A DNA stretch of 64,000 nt from assembly GCA_964540475.1 (NCBI GenBank), contig CAZIMC010000001.1, positions 97,203 through 161,202 on the forward strand, read 5' to 3'. This DNA comes from an uncultured Gammaproteobacteria bacterium. Lineage in GTDB: Bacteria; Patescibacteriota; Microgenomatia; UBA8517. Positions 55,447 to 64,000 of the stretch are shown here, piece after piece. The position numbers and the translations under genes are program-made. The notes below the pieces were generated by a model. It made no database searches. It was not told the origin of the DNA and saw only the letters and a list, made by a program, of their open reading frames with translations. The number at the start of each line of letters is the position of its first letter. The first letter of the stretch is position 1.

Positions 55447-57534
55447 TTATATTTTTACATTGGGCCACGTGGCTGAGATTAGAAGCGGGGAATCAAAGCG
55501 GCCATTTGCTGATTTCCAGATTTCTTCCGTTAAAAATGGCATGAAAGGGTGAAGAAGTTTTAAGGTTTCCTGTAAAACAATCTCTAATGTTTTTTGGGCA
55601 TCATCTCTGCGAACTTTTGTCTTTTCAACGTAAATATCGGCAAATTTATGCCACGCAAAATCGTAAATTTCCTCTGCAGCCTCGTTAAGTTTATAGCCAT
55701 CAAGTGCTTTGGTTACTTTCTTAATAGTCTTTTTAAGTTCTGCTTTTATCCATTTGTCGTCATCGTTTGCTTTGAGCTTTCTGCTTTTAGCATTCGGCTG
55801 ATCCAGTACAAAGCGAGCAATATTCCAGATTTTGTTTGCAAAGTTTCTTTGACCTCTTATATTATCCTCTGAAAGGGAAATGTCGTTTTCTACCAATGCC
55901 CCCCAGACTAGGGCGACTCTTAATGCGTCACTTCCATATCGCTCTACCATTTCGATTGGATCAATAACATTACCCTTAGACTTACTGATTTTTTGTCCTT
56001 CGCGGTCCCTAACCAGACCATGGAACAAAACGTTCTTGAAGGGAACTTCTCCTGTTGTATAAATTCCAAGCATTATCATTCTTATCACCCAGAAAGGGAG
56101 TATGTCATACGCAGTGTTCATGACTGTTGTCGGGTAAAATGTTTTAAAGTCATCCTCGCCCGTTGTTTGAAGTGTGGCAAAAGGCCATTGGCCCGAGGAA
56201 AACCAGGTATCGAAAGTGTCTGTGTCTTGAACAAGCTTTTCATGGCCACAGTTATGGCAGGAGGCAGGTTTCACGCCATCTGTTATTGTCCATTCAAGGC
56301 ACCTATCGCATCGGTATGCAGGAATTCGCATCCCCCACACAATCTGTCTACTTATATTCCAGTCTTTTAAGTTCTTAAGCCAGTGTATTGCAACCTTTTC
56401 GTATTTTTTGGCAACGATGTTAACTTGCCTTTTTTTTATTGCTGCCAACGCTTTTATGGCTAGGGGCTCGACCTTGATAAACCACTGCTTAGAGACTTTT
56501 GGTTCGATAATGCCCTTATCGCGGTAGCAGGTACCCACCATGTGCTTAATTTTTTCTACCTTGAGAATCTTGCCTTCTTTTTGCAGATCTTTCACAACCT
56601 CTTCGCGGGCGGTTAGTGCTTTCATGCCGATAAATTTTTCGGGCGAGCCTGTCATGCGGCCAGCATCATCGATTACGCTAACGGTTGGAAGTTTGTGCTT
56701 TTGCCCAACCTCGAAATCCAAAGGATCGTGGCCGGGAGTAATTTTCACAGCACCTGTGCCAAAATCCCTTTTGACTAAAACGTCAGAAATTATTGGAATC
56801 CCCCTGTTAATTAACGGTATAACTGCGGTTTTCCCGACTAATTTAGTGAAACGAGTGTCGCTTGGATGAACTGCCACTGCTACATCGGCAAATATAGTTT
56901 CGGGTCTTGTGGTAGCAATCTTAATCGTTCCATAATCCAAATAATATAAATTATCTTCTCTTTCTTGATAGTTGACTTCCAGCTGGGAAAACGCGGTACC
57001 ACACCTGGGGCAATAATTAACAATTCGTTCACCTCTATAGACAAGTCCGTCGTCAAAAAGTTTTTTAAATGTTTTATATACGATTTTTACGATATCCGGG
57101 TCGAGGGTAAATTTGAAACGGCTCCAGTCGCATGAGGCCCCTAGCTTTTTGAGCTGGGTTTCCATAAGGCCCGTATTTTCCTGTACATAATCCCAAATCA
57201 TTTTAAATAGACTCTCGCGATCATAGTCAAAGCGGCTTTTACCTTTTTCTTTAAGTCTCTTCTCGAAGACGAATTGCGTTTCAATTCCTGCATGATCACT
57301 TCCTGGCATCCAAAGTGTTGCTTCACCTTTCATGCGATGGTAGCGGGTAAGTATGTCCTCAATTGCGACAAACCTGGCATGGCCAATGTGCAAGGGGTCG
57401 TTCGCATTTGGGGGCGGCATGATTATGGTAAAGGTGTTTTTGCCTTTGCATAATGAGGGCTTAAAGGAGCCCGAACTCTCCCAAATGGAGTAAATGGATT
57501 GCTCTACCGCCGAGTGATTGTAGTTTTTATCCAT
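55447..57534 (-). CDS. valS: valine--tRNA ligase ValS (short form)
   Basis: PPPNANDPLHIGHA (HIGH), KISKSKGNV (KMSKS), editing-domain block. Start taken at MDKNYNHS; ORF listed to 57615. Confidence 0.85.
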   Translation of the reverse strand: MDKNYNHSAVEQSIYSIWESSGSFKPSLCKGKNTFTIIMPPPNANDPLHIGHARFVAIEDILTRYHRMKGEATLWMPGSDHAGIETQFVFEKRLKEKGKSRFDYDRESLFKMIWDYVQENTGLMETQLKKLGASCDWSRFKFTLDPDIVKIVYKTFKKLFDDGLVYRGERIVNYCPRCGTAFSQLEVNYQEREDNLYYLDYGTIKIATTRPETIFADVAVAVHPSDTRFTKLVGKTAVIPLINRGIPIISDVLVKRDFGTGAVKITPGHDPLDFEVGQKHKLPTVSVIDDAGRMTGSPEKFIGMKALTAREEVVKDLQKEGKILKVEKIKHMVGTCYRDKGIIEPKVSKQWFIKVEPLAIKALAAIKKRQVNIVAKKYEKVAIHWLKNLKDWNISRQIVWGMRIPAYRCDRCLEWTITDGVKPASCHNCGHEKLVQDTDTFDTWFSSGQWPFATLQTTGEDDFKTFYPTTVMNTAYDILPFWVIRMIMLGIYTTGEVPFKNVLFHGLVRDREGQKISKSKGNVIDPIEMVERYGSDALRVALVWGALVENDISLSEDNIRGQRNFANKIWNIARFVLDQPNAKSRKLKANDDDKWIKAELKKTIKKVTKALDGYKLNEAAEEIYDFAWHKFADIYVEKTKVRRDDAQKTLEIVLQETLKLLHPFMPFLTEEIWKSANGRFDSPLLISATWPNVKI

Positions 57535-57538
57535 GATC

Positions 57539-57835
57539 TTAAAGTAATCTTTCTCCAAATGAGTAATACCATATATTGTTTTCGTCGCTTTTAAATACGA
57601 TTTCGTTTGTGTCAAATCCCCACTTTGATAACACTTGATCTAAAAGCTCAAGTGGATGCTCTGGATTTGCCAGTGCAACCTGCAAACACTCTAAAAGCTC
57701 ACGCTCTCCCTGAGAAAGACTTTGATTGAAATCTGGATCTTTAAGCCTCAAAAATATTTGGTCGGCCGTCCCCAATCGTGCCTTTAGAAGTAGTGTGTCT
57801 GTATCAATTGTCATATTTAACAAAAAAACACGCAA
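57539..57835 (-). CDS. hypothetical protein
   Basis: 98-aa ORF directly upstream of valS on the same strand. Confidence 0.35.
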   Translation of the reverse strand: MRVFLLNMTIDTDTLLLKARLGTADQIFLRLKDPDFNQSLSQGERELLECLQVALANPEHPLELLDQVLSKWGFDTNEIVFKSDENNIWYYSFGERLL

Positions 57836-57839
57836 TTAC

Positions 57840-57868
57840 TTGCGTGTTGCGGTCCCTCATAGCTTTAC
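57840..57868 (-). terminator. rho-independent terminator (minus strand)
   Basis: Minus-strand AACACGCAAGTAATTGCGTGTT (9-bp stem) followed by TTTTTTT; downstream of tsaD. Confidence 0.55.
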
Positions 57869-58000
57869 GCGACGGGGAAGGTACCACCTCAACTGTACTC
57901 AATTTATCGGCTAAGTTTCTTGTCACCGAAATTTAAAGTTTGGGGACGAGCCAAACTGCACACTTAAAGTATATATAAAATTGATCTGCTTGGCAACAAC

Positions 58001-59062
58001 TTAGTACCCACCATCTGTGATTTTAAGATTTGGTTTGCGGTCTATGTTTTCTAAATTGTATGATATGCTTTTGTTTTTGTGCTTAATATAGGCGGTGACC
58101 CCAATCATCGCAGCATTGTCTCCATAAAGCTTTTTGGTGTAGGGAGTAAGAAGATTAAACCCCACCTCCTTGCCCAAATGTCTTAATCTTTTTCTAACCT
58201 CAACATTTGCAGCAACACCGCCTCCTAGTAGAAAATCGTAAACAGGTAGGTACGGGTAATGGTTTATGCAATACCCAACAACACGAAGCAGATGTGTAAA
58301 AGCAGCATGCTGAAAGGCAGCAGCCAGATCATACACCTCTTGTCTGGGAGGGAACTTTGGGTTTTCTGATTTTTTCTTTTCGATAAGTCTAAAAAAGGAA
58401 GTCTTAAGGCCAGAGTAGCTAAAAATTTGTCTTGCTTCCTGTCCCGCAAGGGGGATGGTAAGTGGAAATTTGCTGGGGTTACCAAGTTTAGCCATTTTTT
58501 CCAGGACCGCACCTCCAGGGTATCCAAGACCGATCATCCTAGCCGCTTTATCAAGTGCTTCGCCGAGCGCATCGTCGACAGTTTGTGCCAGAATCTCATA
58601 TTTTCCAACAGCGTGGATGCGACAAAAAACCGTATTGCCACCGGAAATTACGAGTCCAAATGCGGGGAAATTTGCCTCAACACTTTTACCGCCGACTGGT
58701 GTTGCTAGGGTGCTTAGGATATGGGCCTCGGTGTGGTTAACAGGAATTAACGGAATGTGAAATTCATTTGCTAATTCTTTTGCCCTCCTAATCCCAACTC
58801 CCAAGGCGATAGATAAACCCGGTCCAACCGTTACCGCAATTGCCTCAAAGTTGCCAGTCTCAATACCCGATCTTTGAATTGCTTTTTCAATAACCCAGTC
58901 GATACGCTCCTCGTGTTGTCTTTGCGCTAAAGACGGCATTACACCCCCCAAGTGGGCGTGCAAACTTGCCTGCGACCAGACAATATTTGAAAGAACACTT
59001 GTACCCTCGGTAACTGCCGCGGCGGTCTCGTCGCAGGAGGTATCAATTGCAAGTATTCTCAT
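58001..59062 (-). CDS. tsaD: tRNA N6-adenosine threonylcarbamoyltransferase TsaD (Kae1/Gcp family)
   Basis: MRILAIDTSCDETAAAV...; HxxH region NHTEAHI; C-terminal GGGVAANVEVRKRL. Start taken at MRIL. Confidence 0.88.
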   Translation of the reverse strand: MRILAIDTSCDETAAAVTEGTSVLSNIVWSQASLHAHLGGVMPSLAQRQHEERIDWVIEKAIQRSGIETGNFEAIAVTVGPGLSIALGVGIRRAKELANEFHIPLIPVNHTEAHILSTLATPVGGKSVEANFPAFGLVISGGNTVFCRIHAVGKYEILAQTVDDALGEALDKAARMIGLGYPGGAVLEKMAKLGNPSKFPLTIPLAGQEARQIFSYSGLKTSFFRLIEKKKSENPKFPPRQEVYDLAAAFQHAAFTHLLRVVGYCINHYPYLPVYDFLLGGGVAANVEVRKRLRHLGKEVGFNLLTPYTKKLYGDNAAMIGVTAYIKHKNKSISYNLENIDRKPNLKITDGGY

Positions 59063-60105
59063 ACATTTCCCCACGAAATAATTCTTTCGTTTTCCTTTTT
59101 ACCGTAGCTAATTTTAACCCAAACAATAATTGCGGTTTCAGAGTGCCGCTTTATCATTTCAAGAACTCGGTCGGCCCATTCAACCACAACTACCGAACCT
59201 TTATCCTCTAAAATTTTTGTCAAACCCACCCCGTCAAGCTCTTTCTGGTCAGAAATTTTCCAGGCATCGATATGAAAAAGGTGGGGATACTCCAAAAGCA
59301 GATTAAATGTAGGGGATACAATTTCATCTGTTATACCCATAGCTCGCCCTACACCCTTTGTAAATTGTGTTTTGCCTGCACCCATTGGTCCTTCTAGTGC
59401 AAAAATAACTGGCCGCTTGCCAAGATATTTTTCGTATTTTTGAAAAAGCTCCTTGCCGATATTTTGAGTATTTTCCTCGTTTCTTGATAGAAGCTCGACT
59501 TCGTCTTTAAGTTTGACATCCCCTTGCCGCAAAACAACCGGATCGTCAAGTGTTGTGTCAACCACCGTGGAGGGTTCGTTGTGGGGTAGTTCGCCAGCAT
59601 CTATAACAAGGTCGATTAGCCGCTTTTGTTTTGAGGAAATATTCTCAAAAATATCCTCTTTTTTGTATGGTCGTTTTTGATAGCTTGCGTTCGCACTTGT
59701 TGCAACAATCGGTCTTCCAAATTTTTCTATTAATTCAAGCATGAATTTGTAATCAGGAATTCTCACCCCCAAAGTGCCGGTTTCCGATTCTACTCCTGGT
59801 GCTACTTTGCCTTTACCCTTTGAGACTACAGTTACTGGCCCCGGAAGAAACCTTTTATAGAAATTTCTCGCGGTTGTGTTTAAACTGACGTACTCTTTTG
59901 CCATTTTTTGACTTGAGCACATGATGGCGTATGGTTTGCCAAGCGGGCGCTTCTTGTAGATATTAAGCCTATGGACGGCTTCTTCGTTTAAACAATCCAC
60001 AGCGATTCCGTAAACAGTTTCACAGGGAAATATAACCAGACCACCCATTTCAAGAGTGGCTAGCGCCTCCTCTGTTGCTTGCTCACTTTCTTTAATTATT
60101 CTCAT
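59059..60105 (-). CDS. fusion protein: TsaC/Sua5 (YrdC domain) N-terminal + TsaE (YjeE P-loop ATPase) C-terminal
   Basis: YrdC block GGLVIFPCETVYGIAVDCLNEEAV...GTLGVRIPD...PIVATSANASY...PSTVVD. TsaE block EGPMGAGKTQFTKGVGRAMGI...SPTFNLLLEY...VEWADRV. ATGA overlap with tsaD. Confidence 0.75.
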   Translation of the reverse strand: MRIIKESEQATEEALATLEMGGLVIFPCETVYGIAVDCLNEEAVHRLNIYKKRPLGKPYAIMCSSQKMAKEYVSLNTTARNFYKRFLPGPVTVVSKGKGKVAPGVESETGTLGVRIPDYKFMLELIEKFGRPIVATSANASYQKRPYKKEDIFENISSKQKRLIDLVIDAGELPHNEPSTVVDTTLDDPVVLRQGDVKLKDEVELLSRNEENTQNIGKELFQKYEKYLGKRPVIFALEGPMGAGKTQFTKGVGRAMGITDEIVSPTFNLLLEYPHLFHIDAWKISDQKELDGVGLTKILEDKGSVVVVEWADRVLEMIKRHSETAIIVWVKISYGKKENERIISWGNV

Positions 60106-60152
60106 TTGCTAATAAATACTTTGATGCTCCCGATTGTTGGGGTGTGGGGATA

Positions 60153-61964
60153 TTATATAGTCTGGCCAGTTCCGCGCAAAAAGACCGCCTGCCAAGGCCT
60201 GTAAGTTGAAATAAAGTTTTTCTGATAAACGACTTGATTATTGCGCTTTACTGAATAGCTAAAACTAGCAGTTGCACCCCAGGCTTTAAAATCAACTTGC
60301 TTGATTACTCCTGCGGGTAGCGTGGGATCATCCTGGTACATATCCGGGGGTGGCGGGGTAACATTGCTGACTACTGGTTTGGTTGTTTCTGCGACACGTC
60401 CGTCAGAAGTACCGTAAAACTCAAAAACCAGAGTATAGGTTTTTGGATCGAAATGAGTTTGAATTAATATGTGCCCCGGCGTGTCATTTGTAAATTTAAA
60501 GTCGGTAGTGGGGGCAAAGACTGTTGCATCCAAGCCTGGCCCCGAATCCTGCTCATAGTAGCTGACGCGGTATGAGTGTGCACGCCTTTCTGGAATAGGA
60601 AGGCCAGCATCGAGGACCGCTCTGAAAAGGGTGGTTGAGACCTGACAAACACCCCCGCCGTCTCCCAAGACAGTTCTTCCATCCTGAATAATATATGCCT
60701 GCTTATATCCAGTCAGGCTCGAAACATCCCCCACGGTGTTATTAAATGAAAGTGTTTGGCCTGGTGCTACCAAAATGCCATTAAACTTAGAAGACGCGAG
60801 CCCCACGTTATGGACTCTGCCTGGAATTGAACCAGTAAAGCGAGAACTGCCACGTCCTATAAGCTCTTTAATCCCCAGATTATTAACAGTCTCGGTTTTT
60901 ATATTAGCCTCCGTTTTGTTAACAGGGACGGATATCGAAACTGCGTTTTCATCTGTTTCTTCGAGGAGCTTGAGATTTTCTAGAAGCGCCTGTTGCAGAT
61001 TGGTTGTGTCGAGGATCACCCCTTCTTTACTGGGCGCAAACTCAGTGACTTTGCCGTTTTCGAACTGGAACTTGGCATCCTGGGGTTCACGATTAACACT
61101 TACCGCGATCTCATTTATCTTTTTATTGATATTACCCAAATCTGCCCCATCCGGACCAAGAAAGGAAAGTAGCTCGGAGCCGGCAACGGTGAAATTTTGG
61201 TATTCGAAACTTAAGTCTACCTTCTTGCCAGCCAGTTTCTCTGCCCGGGATTTGAGAACTGCAGCTTGCTCGTCAGAGATTGTCGGGTCAATAACTTTTA
61301 TCGGAAGGGTAACCGGTACCGACTCTTGCGATTGCGAATAGGCAACCATTCTACCTATCTGGGCCCGAAGAAGCGTTTTATCCACGCTGGTGCCGGCACG
61401 ACCTTTCTCTACTACAATTTCGCCGCCCACGATTTTAACTACAGGGTAAACTGGTGCAATTGTTGCAGCGTCTTCGATTGAGGCCATTTTTTGACTCAGG
61501 ACGGTTTCGTCGACGCTAAGCCTTAAGCCCAATTGACGATTTTTATAAAGGGCGGATATCCTTCCTGCAAAGTCAAATAATATATTGCCAGTTCGATCAT
61601 GGTAAAAAGCAGATGCGGCGGAATCTGTAAAATTATACGCGAGTGCTATATCTTGAGAGTCGATTTCAAAAGTTTGACCTTGGTGGTTAATTGCGATTTT
61701 TGCCGGCAGACGTGCCTCGCTTTCGAGTTTTGTCTCTGCCTCAGCGCGGGTCAAAAATCCGACATTTATTCCAGCAACATATGTGTTGGGATAAATTTTA
61801 TCGGAAAAATGAAGGTTGTAAATGGTAAACAGGCTAGCCACGAATAATATACCAAAAAGGCTTATTGGTAAAAAAAACCGGCTTACAGGTTTAACCTGGG
61901 GTTTGGATCTGGCTAATGCCTTTTTGGCAGATGAAGGCTTCTTCATATTACGTATAATAAACAA
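60153..61964 (-). CDS. VanW-family protein with N-terminal TM anchor
   Basis: GGGVCQVSTTLFRAVLDAGLPIPERRAHSYRVSYY is typical of the VanW domain; 603 aa. Confidence 0.75.
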   Translation of the reverse strand: MFIIRNMKKPSSAKKALARSKPQVKPVSRFFLPISLFGILFVASLFTIYNLHFSDKIYPNTYVAGINVGFLTRAEAETKLESEARLPAKIAINHQGQTFEIDSQDIALAYNFTDSAASAFYHDRTGNILFDFAGRISALYKNRQLGLRLSVDETVLSQKMASIEDAATIAPVYPVVKIVGGEIVVEKGRAGTSVDKTLLRAQIGRMVAYSQSQESVPVTLPIKVIDPTISDEQAAVLKSRAEKLAGKKVDLSFEYQNFTVAGSELLSFLGPDGADLGNINKKINEIAVSVNREPQDAKFQFENGKVTEFAPSKEGVILDTTNLQQALLENLKLLEETDENAVSISVPVNKTEANIKTETVNNLGIKELIGRGSSRFTGSIPGRVHNVGLASSKFNGILVAPGQTLSFNNTVGDVSSLTGYKQAYIIQDGRTVLGDGGGVCQVSTTLFRAVLDAGLPIPERRAHSYRVSYYEQDSGPGLDATVFAPTTDFKFTNDTPGHILIQTHFDPKTYTLVFEFYGTSDGRVAETTKPVVSNVTPPPPDMYQDDPTLPAGVIKQVDFKAWGATASFSYSVKRNNQVVYQKNFISTYRPWQAVFLRGTGQTI

Positions 61965-62054
61965 TCGAATGGTAATTTTCCAGGATTTCGCCTAAATGTG
62001 ACCCATAAAACATTGTAAGTTTAACATACATACCCTATAATACCCAATACTGTT

Positions 62055-62735
62055 ATGAGCGTAAGTGAACACATCAGGAAGCATTTTATGAGCACTAATG
62101 AGCCAAATTGCTCGTCTGTTTCAATGGCTGCTTTGGTTCAGAATAATTTAGAGGATATAACCATCAGAGCTGCTGTTCAAAATGGAATAGCACTAGAAAA
62201 TAGGCGTATGGATTATTATTCCACATTGGTCAGTCACGAATTTGGTAGACAGGGGATTGTCAGTGTGCCGTTTAAGTTTGAATGCGGCAAACCTTCTGAA
62301 TTTCTGTGGGAGAGTTACCGCAGCTTAAGGCAATCCAGTGCTGGGATCAGGTTTTTGGGGGGATTAATGCTAAGACGAATTTTAAACCCAGAATTTAGTG
62401 ATCACATTATTGCAATAACAGCAATTCATGCGAACAGAAAAGCATCAATTGTAGATACTGCGCGTGTCGAAAAACACTTGAAACCACGGGAAAAATTACA
62501 ATTAACCAGAAAACCCTTTCAGTACAAAGTTCCCTTGAGCACAGTTGATAGATGGGCAGAAAAAAACCATAATCCCCAAGACATGCTTGTAATATTTGCT
62601 GGTATTGGTGTTGATGATTTTGTAAAGAAATCAAACGGCAGGAGGTATACCGAATATGTAATCGACCGACTATCTGCCTTAACCCAAAATCAGATGTCAC
62701 AAATAGCTAACGCCCTTCAGGAACTTGAGACTTGA
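62055..62735 (+). CDS. hypothetical protein
   Basis: 226-aa ORF with no recognisable motif. Confidence 0.4.
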   Translation: MSVSEHIRKHFMSTNEPNCSSVSMAALVQNNLEDITIRAAVQNGIALENRRMDYYSTLVSHEFGRQGIVSVPFKFECGKPSEFLWESYRSLRQSSAGIRFLGGLMLRRILNPEFSDHIIAITAIHANRKASIVDTARVEKHLKPREKLQLTRKPFQYKVPLSTVDRWAEKNHNPQDMLVIFAGIGVDDFVKKSNGRRYTEYVIDRLSALTQNQMSQIANALQELET

Positions 62736-62788
62736 TTCAGCTTGTTTATATTCCATAACTGACTAGCTATAATTAGTAAAATATCGCT

Positions 62789-64000
62789 ATGGACCCGAAT
62801 TCTTATCAGCAACCAAACCTCAATCCTCATCCAGTGGCGTCTGCCCCCCAACCTGTCCTTTCTGGGGGGAGCAAAAAGGGCTTTCCTATTCCTAAGAAGT
62901 TTTTGTTGATTGGCCTTGGTGTGTTGGCGTTTTTGCTCTTGGTTATAATTGTCATAAAGCTTTTGGCTGGCGGGGATGGGGGATCATCCAGGGATGAAAT
63001 TGTCTGGTGGGGTTTATGGGAAGAAAAAGAGGTTATAGAGCCGTTAATTGAAGAATATAAACGAATAAATCCAAAAGCCAATATTAGATATGAAAAGCAA
63101 TCACCGCAAGATTATCGCGAGAGACTTATAAATGCGCTTGCTCGGGGAACAGGGCCAGATATTTTCAGAATCCACAATAGTTGGGGCCCAATGTTTAGAG
63201 GAGAGCTTGCCACTGTGCCAGCCGGTGTTTTGTCTTCATCAGAATTCGCAACTTCATATTATCCGGTTGCGGTTTCTGACTTAACGACAAATGATGGTAT
63301 TGTTGGCATACCTTTAATGTATGACGGACTAACCCTTTTTATTAACGAGGAGATTTTTGAAGAGTCGGGCAAAGTGCCCCCTAAAACTTGGGATGAGGTT
63401 CGTGTGGTGGCCCGCGAATTAACACGCAAAGATGAAGAGGGAAGTATTACACAAGCCGGGATTGCTCTTGGCAGGACCGAGAACGTGGATCATTGGCCAG
63501 AGATATTAGGACTAATGATGCTTCAAAACGGAGCAAGTCTGTCTAAGCCACAGGGACCACTGGCTGAGGGCGCATTAACTTTTTTTACCATTTTTGCAGG
63601 CAGTGACGGTGTGTGGGACTCAACACTTCCACCATCAACCATATATTTCGCTGGGGGCAATTTAGCTATGTACTTTGGCCCCAGCTGGCGAGTCTTTGAA
63701 ATACAACAAATGAACCCGTCATTAAGGTTTAAAGCTGTGCCCTTGCCGCAATTGGCAAAAGAAGACCCCAATGAGCCAGATGTAACATATGCTAGTTATT
63801 GGGTTGAAGCGGTTTCCGAAAGAAGTGGCAATAAGGACATTGCCTGGGATTTTTTGAAGTTCCTTTCAACCGCAGACAGTCTATCAAAGCTCTACCAGGG
63901 TGCCTCCCTAACAAGAGGGTTTGGTGCTGCTTATCCAAGGGTTGACATGCAGCCGCTTCTTGTGGATCACCCATTTCTGGGAGCGCTGACATCTGAGGCG
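62789..64000 (+). CDS. ABC transporter extracellular solute-binding protein (family 1, sugar-type), 3'-truncated at the window end
   Basis: Hand-translated frame is open from ATG 62789 to the window end, so it is absent from the ORF track. N-terminal TM/signal anchor. WWGLWEEKEVIEPLIEEYKRINPKANIRYEKQS...ALARGTGPDIFRIHNSWGPMF...GIPLMYDGLTLFINEEIF matches SBP_bac_1. Confidence 0.7.
   Translation, partial: MDPNSYQQPNLNPHPVASAPQPVLSGGSKKGFPIPKKFLLIGLGVLAFLLLVIIVIKLLAGGDGGSSRDEIVWWGLWEEKEVIEPLIEEYKRINPKANIRYEKQSPQDYRERLINALARGTGPDIFRIHNSWGPMFRGELATVPAGVLSSSEFATSYYPVAVSDLTTNDGIVGIPLMYDGLTLFINEEIFEESGKVPPKTWDEVRVVARELTRKDEEGSITQAGIALGRTENVDHWPEILGLMMLQNGASLSKPQGPLAEGALTFFTIFAGSDGVWDSTLPPSTIYFAGGNLAMYFGPSWRVFEIQQMNPSLRFKAVPLPQLAKEDPNEPDVTYASYWVEAVSERSGNKDIAWDFLKFLSTADSLSKLYQGASLTRGFGAAYPRVDMQPLLVDHPFLGALTSEA

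Noticed and set aside
55594-56869. Five plus-strand ORFs of 60-125 aa inside valS
   Set aside because: They are antisense to a gene with unambiguous HIGH/KMSKS motifs.
1-64000. CRISPR arrays, IS transposases, integrase genes, reverse transcriptase/DGR template-variable repeat pairs
   Set aside because: I read through the intergenic regions and long ORFs without finding regularly spaced direct repeats, DDE or tyrosine-recombinase signatures, or an RT motif (YxDD). The only recombination-like signals are the short tRNA/tmRNA end duplications reported above.

Overview
This 64 kb window reads as a chromosomal segment from a low-GC, small-genome bacterium. The gene content is consistent with a CPR/Patescibacteria-like organism, which is an inference from gene content only. 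Genes are densely packed and I found no CRISPR array or recognisable transposase.

Three blocks are visible.

(i) Positions 1-14.6 kb form an accessory-looking region of mostly uncharacterised genes. It starts with a 5'-truncated SF1 helicase fused to a DUF559-type nuclease and a topoisomerase-type zinc ribbon. Next come a DUF2130-like coiled-coil/PD-(D/E)xK protein and an XRE-type HTH regulator divergent from a tight three-gene operon of unknowns. After that lie a minimal nucleotidyltransferase, a PhnB-like VOC protein, DUF1801, a zf-UBP protein, an orphan GAF histidine kinase and a P-loop protein.

(ii) Positions 14.6-27.9 kb are housekeeping. They hold an SDR oxidoreductase, rpoD, dnaG, HAD and Nudix hydrolases, comFC, and smpB with tmRNA directly downstream. 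A tRNA cluster contains all four tRNA-Ser isoacceptors plus tRNA-Arg. Two of the tRNA-Ser genes and the tmRNA are each followed about 79 bp downstream by a direct copy of their own 3' end, separated by an insert with a shared motif. These look like att-site scars or a miniature element. A small GIY-YIG protein sits next to the tmRNA copy.

(iii) Positions 27.9-45 kb hold a Gram-positive-type T4SS-like cluster. It has eight tandem VirB2/TrbC-like pilin paralogues, an 811-aa Cys-rich secreted protein, a VirB6/TrbL-like protein and a PrgI/VirB3-like protein. A VirB4 ATPase is preceded by a separate VirB4-N-like ORF with a TAATG overlap. A 1029-aa membrane protein carries a C-terminal HExxH motif. 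A GC-elevated 828-aa gene lies on the opposite strand inside the cluster.

The window also contains the replication-origin neighbourhood: dnaN and dnaA on the minus strand, divergent from rpmH-rnpA-yidD-yidC-jag, with DnaA boxes in both intergenic regions. The remaining genes are a Wzy-like membrane protein, an RNase H-like protein, a DUF4012 protein, L25, valS, tsaD next to a tsaC-tsaE fusion, a VanW protein and a 3'-truncated ABC substrate-binding protein.
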